This document shows positions 47,034 to 56,996 of a DNA stretch of 64,000 bases, piece after piece. A program made the translations under genes and the position numbers. This DNA is from an uncultured bacterium (GTDB taxonomy: Bacteria > Hydrothermota > Tepidihabitantia > B3-TA06). The stretch is from the NCBI GenBank assembly GCA_964624585.1, contig CAZUXE010000007.1, positions 736 through 64,735 of the forward strand. Reading direction: 5' to 3'. The notes under the pieces are model-generated. The model did no database searches and was not told the DNA's origin. It saw only the letters and a program-made list of their open reading frames with translations. The first letter of the stretch is position 1. Each line of letters opens with the position of its first letter.

Positions 47034-49256
47034 TTATTTCAAAACGATGAATTTTACCTTTTCCACCCTGTCAGAAAAAGTAATAACCGCTATATATATA
47101 CCTGCAGCTAGGCCATGAATATTAAATTCAGCTTGAAGCTTGCCCTGAATTGATATAAAACTATCTGGTTCAATGACTTGCAGCTTTTCACCGGAAATGG
47201 TATATATGCTCACAGATTCAGCATTATCCACAGGCGTAAATCTTACCGGAAGCCCCAAAGACAAATATGATGGATTTGGATACACTGAAACAGCAACTTT
47301 AGGGGGATTTATAGGCGGCGGTAGGGTAATTAAAGAAATTCCGCATCCAAGAGTAGCAATAGCTACTTTACCTGTATTATCTATATCTAAATACTGATAG
47401 TCAACATCTTCAGGCAAGGGTGAATTCACGGAAGTAATTTTTTGCCATGAGCTTGCGGTAGAATCATATGCTAGGCTCGTTGGATCATAGACTACCAAAC
47501 CATCCCTTAAGGTAAGAAAGAATAATCTACCCCAGGGGTCCCTATCAACCGATATAGCACCATTTGAGAACATTGGAGCCTTGAACCAAATCATACCTAG
47601 ATCCTCGCTCCAGTGAAACACGCCGGCAGAAGTCGTACCCCAAACACCTCCAGAACCATCAAGAACAATATCCGTTATTCTATATGAGGTTTTAGCTACA
47701 AGTTTCAGTTCACCGCCCCCGGGATCTTTTGCAAAATCAGAAGAGGTATAGTTGATTAAGCCTCCTTCTGTAGCCATCCAAACATGCGTTGAATCAAATT
47801 CAAAACGCATAACATGACCGTATGGCCATGGGATTCTAGTTAATTCCTTCATCTCAGGTGAAAGAACTATCAATTGCCCTGCAGTTAAAGGATATACCCA
47901 AATTCTATCATAGGAATCAACTCCCATCCAGGCAACAGTATTATTAACAGCACCCTTTCCCCAACTAAACCCACTCCACGAATCCGTATTAAGCGGTTCC
48001 TTCTTTGAAGGGTCGTATCGGGATACTCCTCTATTTTGCCCCCATGATGCAAATACAACTCTTCCTTTTGAATCAACAGCCGACACTTTTGTTGAAACAT
48101 CAAAAGGAATTGAGTCCGGCATATAGAAAAAATGTTCACTATAACTGCCGTTACAATAGAAACTAACACCATATTCACCACCTATAAGCCAATGCGAGGC
48201 CCACACACCACCCCTGGAATCTAAAAGAACATGCCAAACATAGTTGGAATTCAAACCATCCGCGGTAAAATTCTTATACCTCCCCTTATCGGCTTGCCAT
48301 AAAATAAAGCCATCACCTGCATTCTCACCATAACAACCTATCCATCTACGTCCCCAAGAATCAAAATGTATGTTGCCAAGATTTCTGGCCCAACGCGGAG
48401 AAATATAGGAAGGTGCGTTTATCCAAAACCCCAAAGTATCAAGCGCATCTGTAGATTCTACGTATCTTATCAATCTACGATAAGGTCCAGCACTTGAACG
48501 AGATGTAATAAAAGCAGTATCTGAAACAAAAGCTAAATCAGTAAGAACAAGATAGGAATCAGTAAGCGAAAGAATCTGTTTGAAATTATGGGTTGATTTC
48601 TGATAACGATAAACACCTTCTTGCGTAAGAATGTTCACCGAATCTGTTATCTCTATATCTTTGATATTAAGTGAAGCAAGACCATCTTTTTTAGCATATT
48701 CAGTAAGTTTTCCTGATACAGGGTTATAGTTAAAAAGTGAATTCTCTGCTCCTCCCCATAAACTAGCAGCATCCCATGATATAAGGTCAGCTGGTTTATT
48801 AACCATAACGAACAAGTAATCGTCTTCAAAATTATTCGGCGAATGCTTCATTACAATAGCAAAAACCTGATTAGAAGTGCCACAAGCAAGGGTATCACCA
48901 TTCAAAGCCATGGAAGAAATGGAAGGTTGTGTAGGAGTTGAGAGGAGATATGGCGAAACCTTTTCTTTACGAGGGTCTATCTGTGCCAACCCCTTAGTGG
49001 TAGCAACCCAAACCTCAGTAGACGGAAGCACTTGAATATCCAAACATTTATTTGAGGGCAAACCGTCAATATTGGTATAATGTTTAGTAAAGGATGAATC
49101 TTTCAAAGAGAAAAACAATACCCCCCCATTTGTAGCTAACCATGCACCGTCTTTTACAGGTTCTATATCATATACGGCATTAGAGTTAAGCAGTGTTTCC
49201 CATTGTGTTTGTTCAAGGTCAATTCCCGTCAACACACTGAGAAGTAACATCATCAT
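47034..49256 (-). CDS. Secreted beta-propeller protein (two-component-regulator-propeller/Reg_prop-like repeats) with T9SS C-terminal sorting domain
   Basis: 740 aa. Signal peptide. Many W/G-rich propeller blade motifs (GGVW, GGLINY, GGVLFF). C-terminal VYPNPSY…SIYTISGEKL…AAGIYIAVITF…KFIVLK fits the T9SS tail pattern. Confidence 0.55.
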   Translation of the reverse strand: MMMLLLSVLTGIDLEQTQWETLLNSNAVYDIEPVKDGAWLATNGGVLFFSLKDSSFTKHYTNIDGLPSNKCLDIQVLPSTEVWVATTKGLAQIDPRKEKVSPYLLSTPTQPSISSMALNGDTLACGTSNQVFAIVMKHSPNNFEDDYLFVMVNKPADLISWDAASLWGGAENSLFNYNPVSGKLTEYAKKDGLASLNIKDIEITDSVNILTQEGVYRYQKSTHNFKQILSLTDSYLVLTDLAFVSDTAFITSRSSAGPYRRLIRYVESTDALDTLGFWINAPSYISPRWARNLGNIHFDSWGRRWIGCYGENAGDGFILWQADKGRYKNFTADGLNSNYVWHVLLDSRGGVWASHWLIGGEYGVSFYCNGSYSEHFFYMPDSIPFDVSTKVSAVDSKGRVVFASWGQNRGVSRYDPSKKEPLNTDSWSGFSWGKGAVNNTVAWMGVDSYDRIWVYPLTAGQLIVLSPEMKELTRIPWPYGHVMRFEFDSTHVWMATEGGLINYTSSDFAKDPGGGELKLVAKTSYRITDIVLDGSGGVWGTTSAGVFHWSEDLGMIWFKAPMFSNGAISVDRDPWGRLFFLTLRDGLVVYDPTSLAYDSTASSWQKITSVNSPLPEDVDYQYLDIDNTGKVAIATLGCGISLITLPPPINPPKVAVSVYPNPSYLSLGLPVRFTPVDNAESVSIYTISGEKLQVIEPDSFISIQGKLQAEFNIHGLAAGIYIAVITFSDRVEKVKFIVLK

Positions 49257-49274
49257 CTTTTCCCCCTTATTTCA

Positions 49275-52200
49275 TTACAACTTATCAAGATAAGTACGCG
49301 CCCTCATACCAAAAGGATCGTTTTCACCGCGCTGTGCAATTATTGCCTTAAATATAACCTTGGCATCCTCATAACGTTCAAGCTGAAGATATCCTTCACC
49401 TGCCATTAACCAAGACTCCAGGCCCCACTGGTCTTGAGGAAACTCTTCGTGACATTGAAGGAATAGAGCAATAGCCTGCTCAATATGTTCAGGGTCAGCA
49501 AATGCGGCATGTGCGCGTGCATTCCAATATAAAAGACGCGCCCGCCCTTTTTCGACGACCAATGGAATAGCTTTGTTAAAATATTCAAGTGCTCTAGTAA
49601 ACTTTGCAGCATTATAGGCAGTTACCCCCATCTGTACCAATATCTCCCCTCTTTTTTGAGAGTCTGATGTTTCCCTTGCAAGCACTTCAAAGTATTGAAG
49701 CGACCTATCCCATTGGCGTTGACTTCTAGCAATTTTTGCCAAATTCTCCAAGGCAGGTATTCTTAAATCAGGGGAATCAAGCGCTTTAAGATAATAGGTT
49801 GAAGCGCTATCCAATTCCTGTTGCATATAGAATAAAGTACCCATCTTAAAATAAACCGCAGGCAGTCTTTCGCTGGAAGGAAATTCAGAAATAAACTTTA
49901 AGTATATATCCATAGCTTCAACGGTTCTGCCTTTTCTTGCATCAACCAATCCTTTATAATAGAGGAAATCGGCATTTTTCCACAAGAAACGCACATTAGC
50001 AAGTTTTGTAAGAACCGTGTCAGCCTCATCTATCCTATTCGCAGTCAATAGATAAGCTACCTTTTCTAAAAGAATTGGCGATTGATCACTGGTACTCATC
50101 AAATCAAGCTTCAGCCAAAAAGAATCAGCCTCATCAATTTTTCCAGACCGATACAGGGCAAGAACCAACTTAGACATAATAAGTGTATCATTAGGACTAG
50201 CTGCATGAAGCTTCCGTAGGGTTGCAACTGCACTTGAATCTTCTCCTCCAGCTATCTGAATCTGAGCCAGAAGGAATTCAGCCTTAGCGATAAGGGTTGA
50301 ATCCTGCCCTTCTGCAACCAACCTTTCAAATAAATGCCTCCCAAGACGATCATGATGTAAAGATGAAGCCCCTATAGCGGCCCAGTACAGATAAGGGTCT
50401 TTAAGAACAGGAGGGCGCGTATGGAATAACTCCTTCAAATCTTCATCTGAAACAACACCACGTTCAACCTTGGCGACTTCCTGCCAAAAATCAATTTCAT
50501 TTCTGTATTCACGGTCACCCAAAGCCTTGTAAAAACTTCGGAGTTCATTATATTGCTTTAAGGTGAACAAAAGATTTAATGAACGCTTCCATAACTTACG
50601 TGGAAGATAACCAAGCTGTTGAGCCATATTCCTGTAAATAACTAAAGCCTGCAAATTCCTGCCCCTTGCTTCCTCAAGCCTTGCTAAATACGAAGAAGCC
50701 AAATAATAGAGAGTATCCCGCGGCGCAACAGAAACTATCAGGGATAATTTAGCAGCGGCATCAGCAGTATCGGCTTCCGCCAAAGCAAGCTTTGCCAATT
50801 CGAACAGAACAGGAAAGTTAAATTCACTCTTGGGTTTTGTTAAATAAAGTGTCTCCCAGTCACTTTTGGCAGATACTGTATCACCTCTGGATAGATGAAC
50901 ATAGCCTATTTTGAATCTAATCTCATCTGCGTACTTACCGTCGGGATAATGATCCAGATAATCAAGGCCTCTATCCATTCTTTTCAATGGATCGCGAATT
51001 TCTGTAATAAAAAGACGGTAAAATCCGTCTTCAACCAGACTATCTTCTGGGAATTGCCAGCATAAATTCTGATAACGCTCCCTCGCCTTATCAAGGTATT
51101 TAACCTTACCTTCCTTCTGATACAAACGTTCATATGACAGAGCAGAGTAATAAAATGCCTGAGCAGTAGAAATTGTATCTAGAAATGAAATAGCCGCTTT
51201 ATAATCCTTGGCGTCCTCAAATAAAATTTTACCCTTCTCTGAAGGTGTCGTAGCCATAATAAGTTTGTTCAGAGCGGCTTGAGGGTCTTTAACCTGAAAA
51301 TTGAGCAGAATGGAAAGCTCTTTAGCGGCTTGAGTCCTTTCATTGCCAAATGGAACCTTTTCAATATATTGTCTGTATGATTCCAGGGCTTCAACAACTC
51401 TCCCCTGCTTACTTAAAAGTCTTGCCCGCCTAAGGATATCTTCTCCGCGCAGAAAAGATGATGATGACAGCAAATGTCCATAGACATCATCCTGTTTTTT
51501 TTCTTTAAGAAGCTCAAGAGCCTGTACATACTCCTCGTAAGTTCTGAATACTTTTGGATTTAGAGCAGACGCATTAAAGGTTTTCCCTGCTAACAACCTA
51601 ACCCGTGCTTCAACTGAAGCATCTTTTGCCGATAAGCTATACCCCTTCTTCCTTGCCTTATCAAAGGTTTTCACAGCTTCATGATTTTGTCCTAATGCGG
51701 CATAAGAATGCGCCAAAGGAAGCAAAGCATCATAGCGACGGTTTTTAACTGCGGACGAATAATACTGTACGGCATCTTCATATAGGTCAAAGCTTGAAAA
51801 TAATTCACCTAAATTAAAGGCTTCAGTTGATGCAACATCACGCGGCGTCCCCATTGCCAAACCAGCTTCAAGGGAAGAAAGGCTATCTCCTCTACTTAAA
51901 GTAGCTTCTATTTGCAGAGAAGCTATAGTAGCTGCAACTTCTGGATATGTTTGTTCTAAATCCGCAAGGTAGGTTGATAATAAATCAAATCTGCTGGCAG
52001 CAATAAGCATTTTAGCTCCAACCAACCGTATTTCAGGATCATTGATAGCAGCATATAAATCGCGCGCCCTCTTATAATCTTTTTTATCTTCCAACTGCTT
52101 AGCTAAACGCAACTTAGTATTTTGACTAAGGTCAAAACGCGGATAGGAGGAAAACAATTCATAAGCCTTATCTACCTGATTTAGCTCAAGGGCTGAAATA

Positions 52201-52475
52201 ACTGCATTCTCAAGTGCCTTAGGTAATGGATAAGGAGCTTCACTCATATGACGTTCAAGATAACGCAGAGCTTTTTCGTAACGATCTAATTGAAATGCAG
52301 CCTGGCCTGCGAGGAAAAGTGCGCTATCAGCCTTATTAAATTCAGGTTCAAGCAACAATTGCTCCATTGCATACAAAGCCGGAGTGTATAGACCTTTTTT
52401 ATAGGCTTCAACCGCCTGCCTAAAATCTTCCTGCGGACTTACAGAAAGCAGTATTAAGAAAAGATTAACAACCAC
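49275..52475 (-). CDS. Large tetratricopeptide-repeat (TPR) protein, 1066 aa
   Basis: Signal/TM at N-terminus, then repeated 34-aa TPR-like units (A…Y…G.Y..A) across the entire length. Confidence 0.7.
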   Translation of the reverse strand: MVVNLFLILLSVSPQEDFRQAVEAYKKGLYTPALYAMEQLLLEPEFNKADSALFLAGQAAFQLDRYEKALRYLERHMSEAPYPLPKALENAVISALELNQVDKAYELFSSYPRFDLSQNTKLRLAKQLEDKKDYKRARDLYAAINDPEIRLVGAKMLIAASRFDLLSTYLADLEQTYPEVAATIASLQIEATLSRGDSLSSLEAGLAMGTPRDVASTEAFNLGELFSSFDLYEDAVQYYSSAVKNRRYDALLPLAHSYAALGQNHEAVKTFDKARKKGYSLSAKDASVEARVRLLAGKTFNASALNPKVFRTYEEYVQALELLKEKKQDDVYGHLLSSSSFLRGEDILRRARLLSKQGRVVEALESYRQYIEKVPFGNERTQAAKELSILLNFQVKDPQAALNKLIMATTPSEKGKILFEDAKDYKAAISFLDTISTAQAFYYSALSYERLYQKEGKVKYLDKARERYQNLCWQFPEDSLVEDGFYRLFITEIRDPLKRMDRGLDYLDHYPDGKYADEIRFKIGYVHLSRGDTVSAKSDWETLYLTKPKSEFNFPVLFELAKLALAEADTADAAAKLSLIVSVAPRDTLYYLASSYLARLEEARGRNLQALVIYRNMAQQLGYLPRKLWKRSLNLLFTLKQYNELRSFYKALGDREYRNEIDFWQEVAKVERGVVSDEDLKELFHTRPPVLKDPYLYWAAIGASSLHHDRLGRHLFERLVAEGQDSTLIAKAEFLLAQIQIAGGEDSSAVATLRKLHAASPNDTLIMSKLVLALYRSGKIDEADSFWLKLDLMSTSDQSPILLEKVAYLLTANRIDEADTVLTKLANVRFLWKNADFLYYKGLVDARKGRTVEAMDIYLKFISEFPSSERLPAVYFKMGTLFYMQQELDSASTYYLKALDSPDLRIPALENLAKIARSQRQWDRSLQYFEVLARETSDSQKRGEILVQMGVTAYNAAKFTRALEYFNKAIPLVVEKGRARLLYWNARAHAAFADPEHIEQAIALFLQCHEEFPQDQWGLESWLMAGEGYLQLERYEDAKVIFKAIIAQRGENDPFGMRARTYLDKL

Positions 52476-52483
52476 TTAAATAC

Positions 52484-53221
52484 CTACGACATTAACATTC
52501 CGCCATCAACCCTTATTACTTGTCCAGAGATGTATTCGGCATCATCTGAACATAAAAACTTAACAACCTTTGCCACATCTTCGGGGGTTCCGGCACGTTT
52601 TAGAGGAATTTGCTTCAAGAACGCATCTTTAATTTCATCGGGTAATACTTCTGTCATAGGTGTCTTGATATATCCTGGAGCCACACAATTAACAGTTATA
52701 TTTCGTGCGCCAAGTTCACGAGCAAGGGATTTAGAAAATCCAATCAATCCTGCCTTTGAAGCGGCATAATTGGTTTGTCCGGCATTGCCCATTTGTCCTA
52801 CAACTGAAGTCATATTTATTATCCTACCCCAACGTGCCTTCATCATAGGTTTAAGAAAGGCCTTAGATACATTGAAAGCACCCGTAAGATTTATCTTAAG
52901 AACCAAATCCCATTTATCGGCATCCATACGCATAAATAAAGTATCGCGGGTAATGCCCGCATTATTTATAACTATGGTAACCATTCCTTCTTTTTGAGCA
53001 ACTTCATCCGCCAACTGATTCATCGCATCAAGCGAGGTAACGTCACCCTTAAAATAAGACGCCTGACCTCCCTTGTCCTCAACCATTTTTTTAGTTTCAA
53101 CTAAACCATCTTCATTTACATCCAAAAGGATTAATGGATAAAGTCCTGCCAACTCTAAAGCAATGGCTCTACCAATTCCGGCTGCAGCTCCGGTAATAAG
53201 CGCTCTCTTATCTTCAATCAC
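52484..53221 (-). CDS. fabG: 3-oxoacyl-[acyl-carrier-protein] reductase FabG-like SDR
   Basis: 245 aa. TGAAAGIGRAIA, NNAGITRD, catalytic YAASKAG, PGYIKTPMT motifs typical of FabG. No other fab genes adjacent. Confidence 0.8.
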   Translation of the reverse strand: MIEDKRALITGAAAGIGRAIALELAGLYPLILLDVNEDGLVETKKMVEDKGGQASYFKGDVTSLDAMNQLADEVAQKEGMVTIVINNAGITRDTLFMRMDADKWDLVLKINLTGAFNVSKAFLKPMMKARWGRIINMTSVVGQMGNAGQTNYAASKAGLIGFSKSLARELGARNITVNCVAPGYIKTPMTEVLPDEIKDAFLKQIPLKRAGTPEDVAKVVKFLCSDDAEYISGQVIRVDGGMLMS

Positions 53222-53272
53222 CAGTTCCTCCTTGAATTACTAATTGACACTTCTAGAAACATAAATACTCTC

Positions 53273-54976
53273 TTATCTAACCATAGTTAGCATACTTTTA
53301 CTTCTTTCTTTAACAACATCTCCCTCTAATGTTTCAACTATATAGAAATACAAGCCTGATGCAACAGGTCGCCCCCAATCATTGTTACCATCCCAAAAAG
53401 CCACACGCCTGTAAATATTAACTTCTCCTTCATCGTTTAACACACGCACTCTTTTACCCGAAAGATCATAAATCATTACCCTGAATTTAGGAAACTGCGC
53501 ACCTGTTTTATTTGAACTGGTAGGTTGATACACAATCGTAACATAATCTGTTTCGTGCGGATTAAAAGGGTTCGGATAAGAATAAATACTTCCCAGAAGC
53601 GGCGGCTTGATAACAATATCTGCAGTCATATTTTCTTTGGATGGAGATATTGCGGTAATAGAAATCCCTGAAGGCAATCCTGAATAGAAACGACTAGATG
53701 GTGTTGAAAAGTTAGAAAATCCTTCCTCATCATTTTTCCATAAATCACTAGCTTGTCCTGCGTCTGAAGTAAAAAGATAACGGGAATCGCCATCTGCTTG
53801 CATTATTCCAACCAACGGATTCTGAATATTGCTATTATTAGCTTGAGATTCATCTACGTGTAGAATCAACAAACCACTTCCGGGCAAACCTTTATCAAAA
53901 CCAGTTTGCTGCCTGTTCTCGACCAAAAAATATTCACCTGAACCGACGGAGGTAAATGACCAATCAACACCGGATGGATTCGGATATATACGGTAGGCAG
54001 ATGGTGATGTTGAGACACTACTTAACTGCGCACCCTGAACGGCTTCAAGACCTCCTGGTTCAACAGCCTTGGGTTCAAGCCAACCAAGAAAATATTTACA
54101 CCAGGCACATAAATGTACCGGAGAAGAACCGTGGTATTTACCTTCGCCTCCCCATGAACCGGAAGCCATCAGACAAAACTGACCCAAACCGGCCTTGCCC
54201 GCATACTTACCTTCCGTAATATATAAATCAGGTAAGCCGAAACCATGTCCCCATTCGTGACAAAAAACTCCAATATTGGAAATAGAGTCTGATATTGAAT
54301 AGGACGATAATTCCGGATTTATAGTGTAGACATCTATCATAACGCCATCATCTGTTTTATAAGGGCCAGGACCACCATGCGCTTGCCATCCCGATAGAGA
54401 AAACTCGTGAGACCATATATCATTCTTATTATCGCTTTCTTCTGCGCCGTAACCTGCATGAATTACAGTAAATATATCAACATAACCGTCACCGTCATTA
54501 TCGTATATAGAGTAATCTACAAACGGATCGCTTTTTAAACACGCTTCATATACCAATGCTCCGGCACAACGCGGATAGTCGTTACCTATTCCGTAATTAT
54601 CATTTGCATAATAGCCGCTTGGATTATCCGCTGTATAAGGCCCGTAGACTTTGCCTGATAAGTCAACCTTACCGTAGGATACTTCATTATAGTAATCGTG
54701 AGCGGTACCTGATATCCATGGACCATCAAAAAGCATCTGTTGAAAATCCTGCACCTTATAAGCAGATGAAGTATTACTATAATCCATAATAACTACAGGA
54801 AAAAACTTTTTTCCTTTAACAGATAAAACATTCGGTACACTGCCTTCCAAAAAAGCACGTGAATTATTGAGACTTAACTCTTTATAGTGTCTCCACGCTT
54901 CATCAGAAAGCTTAACGCCAGGCCGCGGAGGCATTAGGAAAAGAACGCCAAGCAGCGCGGCAAGGATTGTGTGCAT
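53273..54976 (-). CDS. Secreted M6-family (immune inhibitor A-like) zinc metalloprotease with T9SS C-terminal sorting domain
   Basis: 567 aa. Signal peptide. HEWGHGFGLPDLY zinc-binding motif (HExxHxxGxxD). C-terminal YPNPFNP…IYDLSGKRV…WDGNNDWGRPVASGLYFYIVE… is a close fit to the T9SS (TIGR04183-like) tail. Confidence 0.65.
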   Translation of the reverse strand: MHTILAALLGVLFLMPPRPGVKLSDEAWRHYKELSLNNSRAFLEGSVPNVLSVKGKKFFPVVIMDYSNTSSAYKVQDFQQMLFDGPWISGTAHDYYNEVSYGKVDLSGKVYGPYTADNPSGYYANDNYGIGNDYPRCAGALVYEACLKSDPFVDYSIYDNDGDGYVDIFTVIHAGYGAEESDNKNDIWSHEFSLSGWQAHGGPGPYKTDDGVMIDVYTINPELSSYSISDSISNIGVFCHEWGHGFGLPDLYITEGKYAGKAGLGQFCLMASGSWGGEGKYHGSSPVHLCAWCKYFLGWLEPKAVEPGGLEAVQGAQLSSVSTSPSAYRIYPNPSGVDWSFTSVGSGEYFLVENRQQTGFDKGLPGSGLLILHVDESQANNSNIQNPLVGIMQADGDSRYLFTSDAGQASDLWKNDEEGFSNFSTPSSRFYSGLPSGISITAISPSKENMTADIVIKPPLLGSIYSYPNPFNPHETDYVTIVYQPTSSNKTGAQFPKFRVMIYDLSGKRVRVLNDEGEVNIYRRVAFWDGNNDWGRPVASGLYFYIVETLEGDVVKERSKSMLTMVR

Positions 54977-54981
54977 ATTTC

Positions 54982-55335
54982 CTACTTTTTAACTTGATCC
55001 CCCTCCTTCATAGAACAACGTCCTTCAAAAAACACGTTATCCTGTATCATCAGCCCCTTACAGGTTACGTCACCTAAAAGATGAGCGCCCGCATGCATCT
55101 CAACTTTTCCATGAGAGTATATATTACCTTCAATTCGTCCGCCTACAAATGCATCACGGCACCTAACATCACCCTTCACTTTAGCGCTTACTCCAGCCGT
55201 AAATGTCTCGGAAACGGTTAAATTGCCTTCAAACTCTCCGTCAATTCGCACACTGCCCTTGGTTTTGATATTTCCATTTACTACAGTGTCTTTTCCAATG
55301 ATTGTGTCTAGCTTTGCATCTTTATTGTTACTCAT
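54982..55335 (-). CDS. Bactofilin (polymer-forming cytoskeletal protein, DUF583)
   Basis: Right-handed beta-helix repeat pattern (VNGNIKTKGSVRIDGEFEGNLTVSETFTAGVSAKVKGDV…GRIEGNIYSHGKVEMHAGAHLLGDV). Start set at the ATG at 55335, which has a GGAGG RBS. The ORF-track start at 55413 is in frame. Confidence 0.75.
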   Translation of the reverse strand: MSNNKDAKLDTIIGKDTVVNGNIKTKGSVRIDGEFEGNLTVSETFTAGVSAKVKGDVRCRDAFVGGRIEGNIYSHGKVEMHAGAHLLGDVTCKGLMIQDNVFFEGRCSMKEGDQVKK

Positions 55336-55694
55336 ATTATCCTCCTTGACACTAATGTCTAAATACAAACAGATTTTCAGGTTTAACGGAATTGTCATTA
55401 CACCGTACCTCAAAAGATACTAAGAAACGGCAGAACAAACGACAGTCAGCAACCCATAATCTGGTTTATTACTATTTTTCCATACAGCTACGATTATTAA
55501 AACAGACAATCGTAAACAGCTTCAACGAACTACCCATACTCAACTATTAATGTATTCCCCGTAAATACTATACAATCCCGTCTCTTTTACAACCCCCTAG
55601 TTAATAATAATTTTTGTCTTCTTGAAATATAACGCACTCAAGAACTGATTTTTCACTACTCATACTCTTTAGTAAAGCTCTATTTTGATAATTA

Positions 55695-56996
55695 TTACTG
55701 CTCATAAATCCCTCCTCCTTGCTCACGTTTAAATTCAAAAAAGTTCCCTGGATCAATTGGAGTTCCCTTATGCCTTACTTCAAAGTGAAGGTGAGGCGCT
55801 GTCGAAACGCCTGTATTACCTACAAATCCAATAACATCTTTCGTTTTAACGCTATCACCTTGCTCAACCGTTACTGAATAAAGATGTCCATAAAAAGTTT
55901 CAAAATATGGACCGTGTTTAATTTTAAGATAGTTTCCAAAAATACTGTCAACACCTATTTCTCTCACTACACCGTCAGCTGTAGCAAAAACAGCCTGTTT
56001 CTCTGATGCGGCAAAATCAATCCCGGGGTGATCTTTACTGTACTTACGAGTAATTCTGAAATCAACAGTAGGTGGAACCTGAGGATAATACCCCTCCATA
56101 CCGCTTTGTCCAATATTATCACGCAAAGAATCAGAAGTAAGGGAATCAAGAGTATCTAAAGGGGTTTCGGTTTGATAGGGCTTAATTGTAAATATATACT
56201 CGCTGTAATCAAGGGTATCCGGCGATTTTTCCAGTCCCAACATAATATTAATTTGTTTAAGCATTTTTTGAGTTTCACTAAGTTCTGTCTCTAATTCAGG
56301 AAAACCCTTTAATTCATCTTCCAGTTTAGCGGTTTGCCTGCGGAGATAATTGAGTTCTGCAAGCTGAGCATATAGAGTCAAGGAATAAATAAACATTGCT
56401 AATACAGTAATTAAAAAGAATCCAGCAATTGAAAGAAAAAATCTGAATTTTTTACGTGAGTATGTTTTGCTAAATATTTTATTAGAATAATTGGTTGTTA
56501 CATGAAAAGAAATGGTTTTAGGAAATTTGACTTTCTGTTTTTTGGGTGAAACAGGAGAGGAAGAAGATTTTGAACGTTCTGATTTAACGGTTCTGTTCTT
56601 TGTCCGTTCCTTTTCTCTCTTTTTTTCCAGTTTTTTTTGTTCCCTAGCTCTTTTTTTCATTATTCTGATTTCTTCCCGCGTAAACGGAGCTTTCCGCTTT
56701 TTCTTTCCATTAGAAGATGATAATTCTTTCTTCTCTCTCTCTTCAGAAGAAGTCTTACTTTTATCTAAAACAACCGCCTCTCCTGAAACACTTGAATTTT
56801 TAGGTTTTTCGGAACGCGAATCATCACTAAACAAATCACCCGTAACAGGTCTTTTCTTGATGTTATCGGTTTTATCTTTCCTTCTTGTCTTTTCTCCTGC
56901 TCCCTTATCATGCTCCAATTGAGCTTCGTTTTCTTCCCCAGACGACAACTTACTTTGATTAGAATTGTTCCTTTTCTTTCTTCTTTTCGACATCAC
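55695..56996 (-). CDS. M23/LytM-family peptidoglycan metalloendopeptidase with basic low-complexity N-terminus, one TM helix and coiled coil
   Basis: 433 aa. Residues 1-160 are K/R/E/S-rich and highly basic. TM (FFLSIAGFFLITVLAMFIY). Coiled coil. M23 motifs HPGIDFAA (HxxxD), …GNTGVSTAPHLHFEV (HxH). Confidence 0.8.
   Translation of the reverse strand: MMSKRRKKRNNSNQSKLSSGEENEAQLEHDKGAGEKTRRKDKTDNIKKRPVTGDLFSDDSRSEKPKNSSVSGEAVVLDKSKTSSEEREKKELSSSNGKKKRKAPFTREEIRIMKKRAREQKKLEKKREKERTKNRTVKSERSKSSSSPVSPKKQKVKFPKTISFHVTTNYSNKIFSKTYSRKKFRFFLSIAGFFLITVLAMFIYSLTLYAQLAELNYLRRQTAKLEDELKGFPELETELSETQKMLKQINIMLGLEKSPDTLDYSEYIFTIKPYQTETPLDTLDSLTSDSLRDNIGQSGMEGYYPQVPPTVDFRITRKYSKDHPGIDFAASEKQAVFATADGVVREIGVDSIFGNYLKIKHGPYFETFYGHLYSVTVEQGDSVKTKDVIGFVGNTGVSTAPHLHFEVRHKGTPIDPGNFFEFKREQGGGIYEQ

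Noticed and set aside
56512-56996. Low-complexity AG/CT-rich DNA (ttttcttttc…) that could be mistaken for a simple-sequence repeat or non-coding spacer
   Set aside because: It encodes the K/E/S-rich N-terminal region of the M23 peptidase in frame, so it is coding low-complexity sequence rather than a non-coding repeat.
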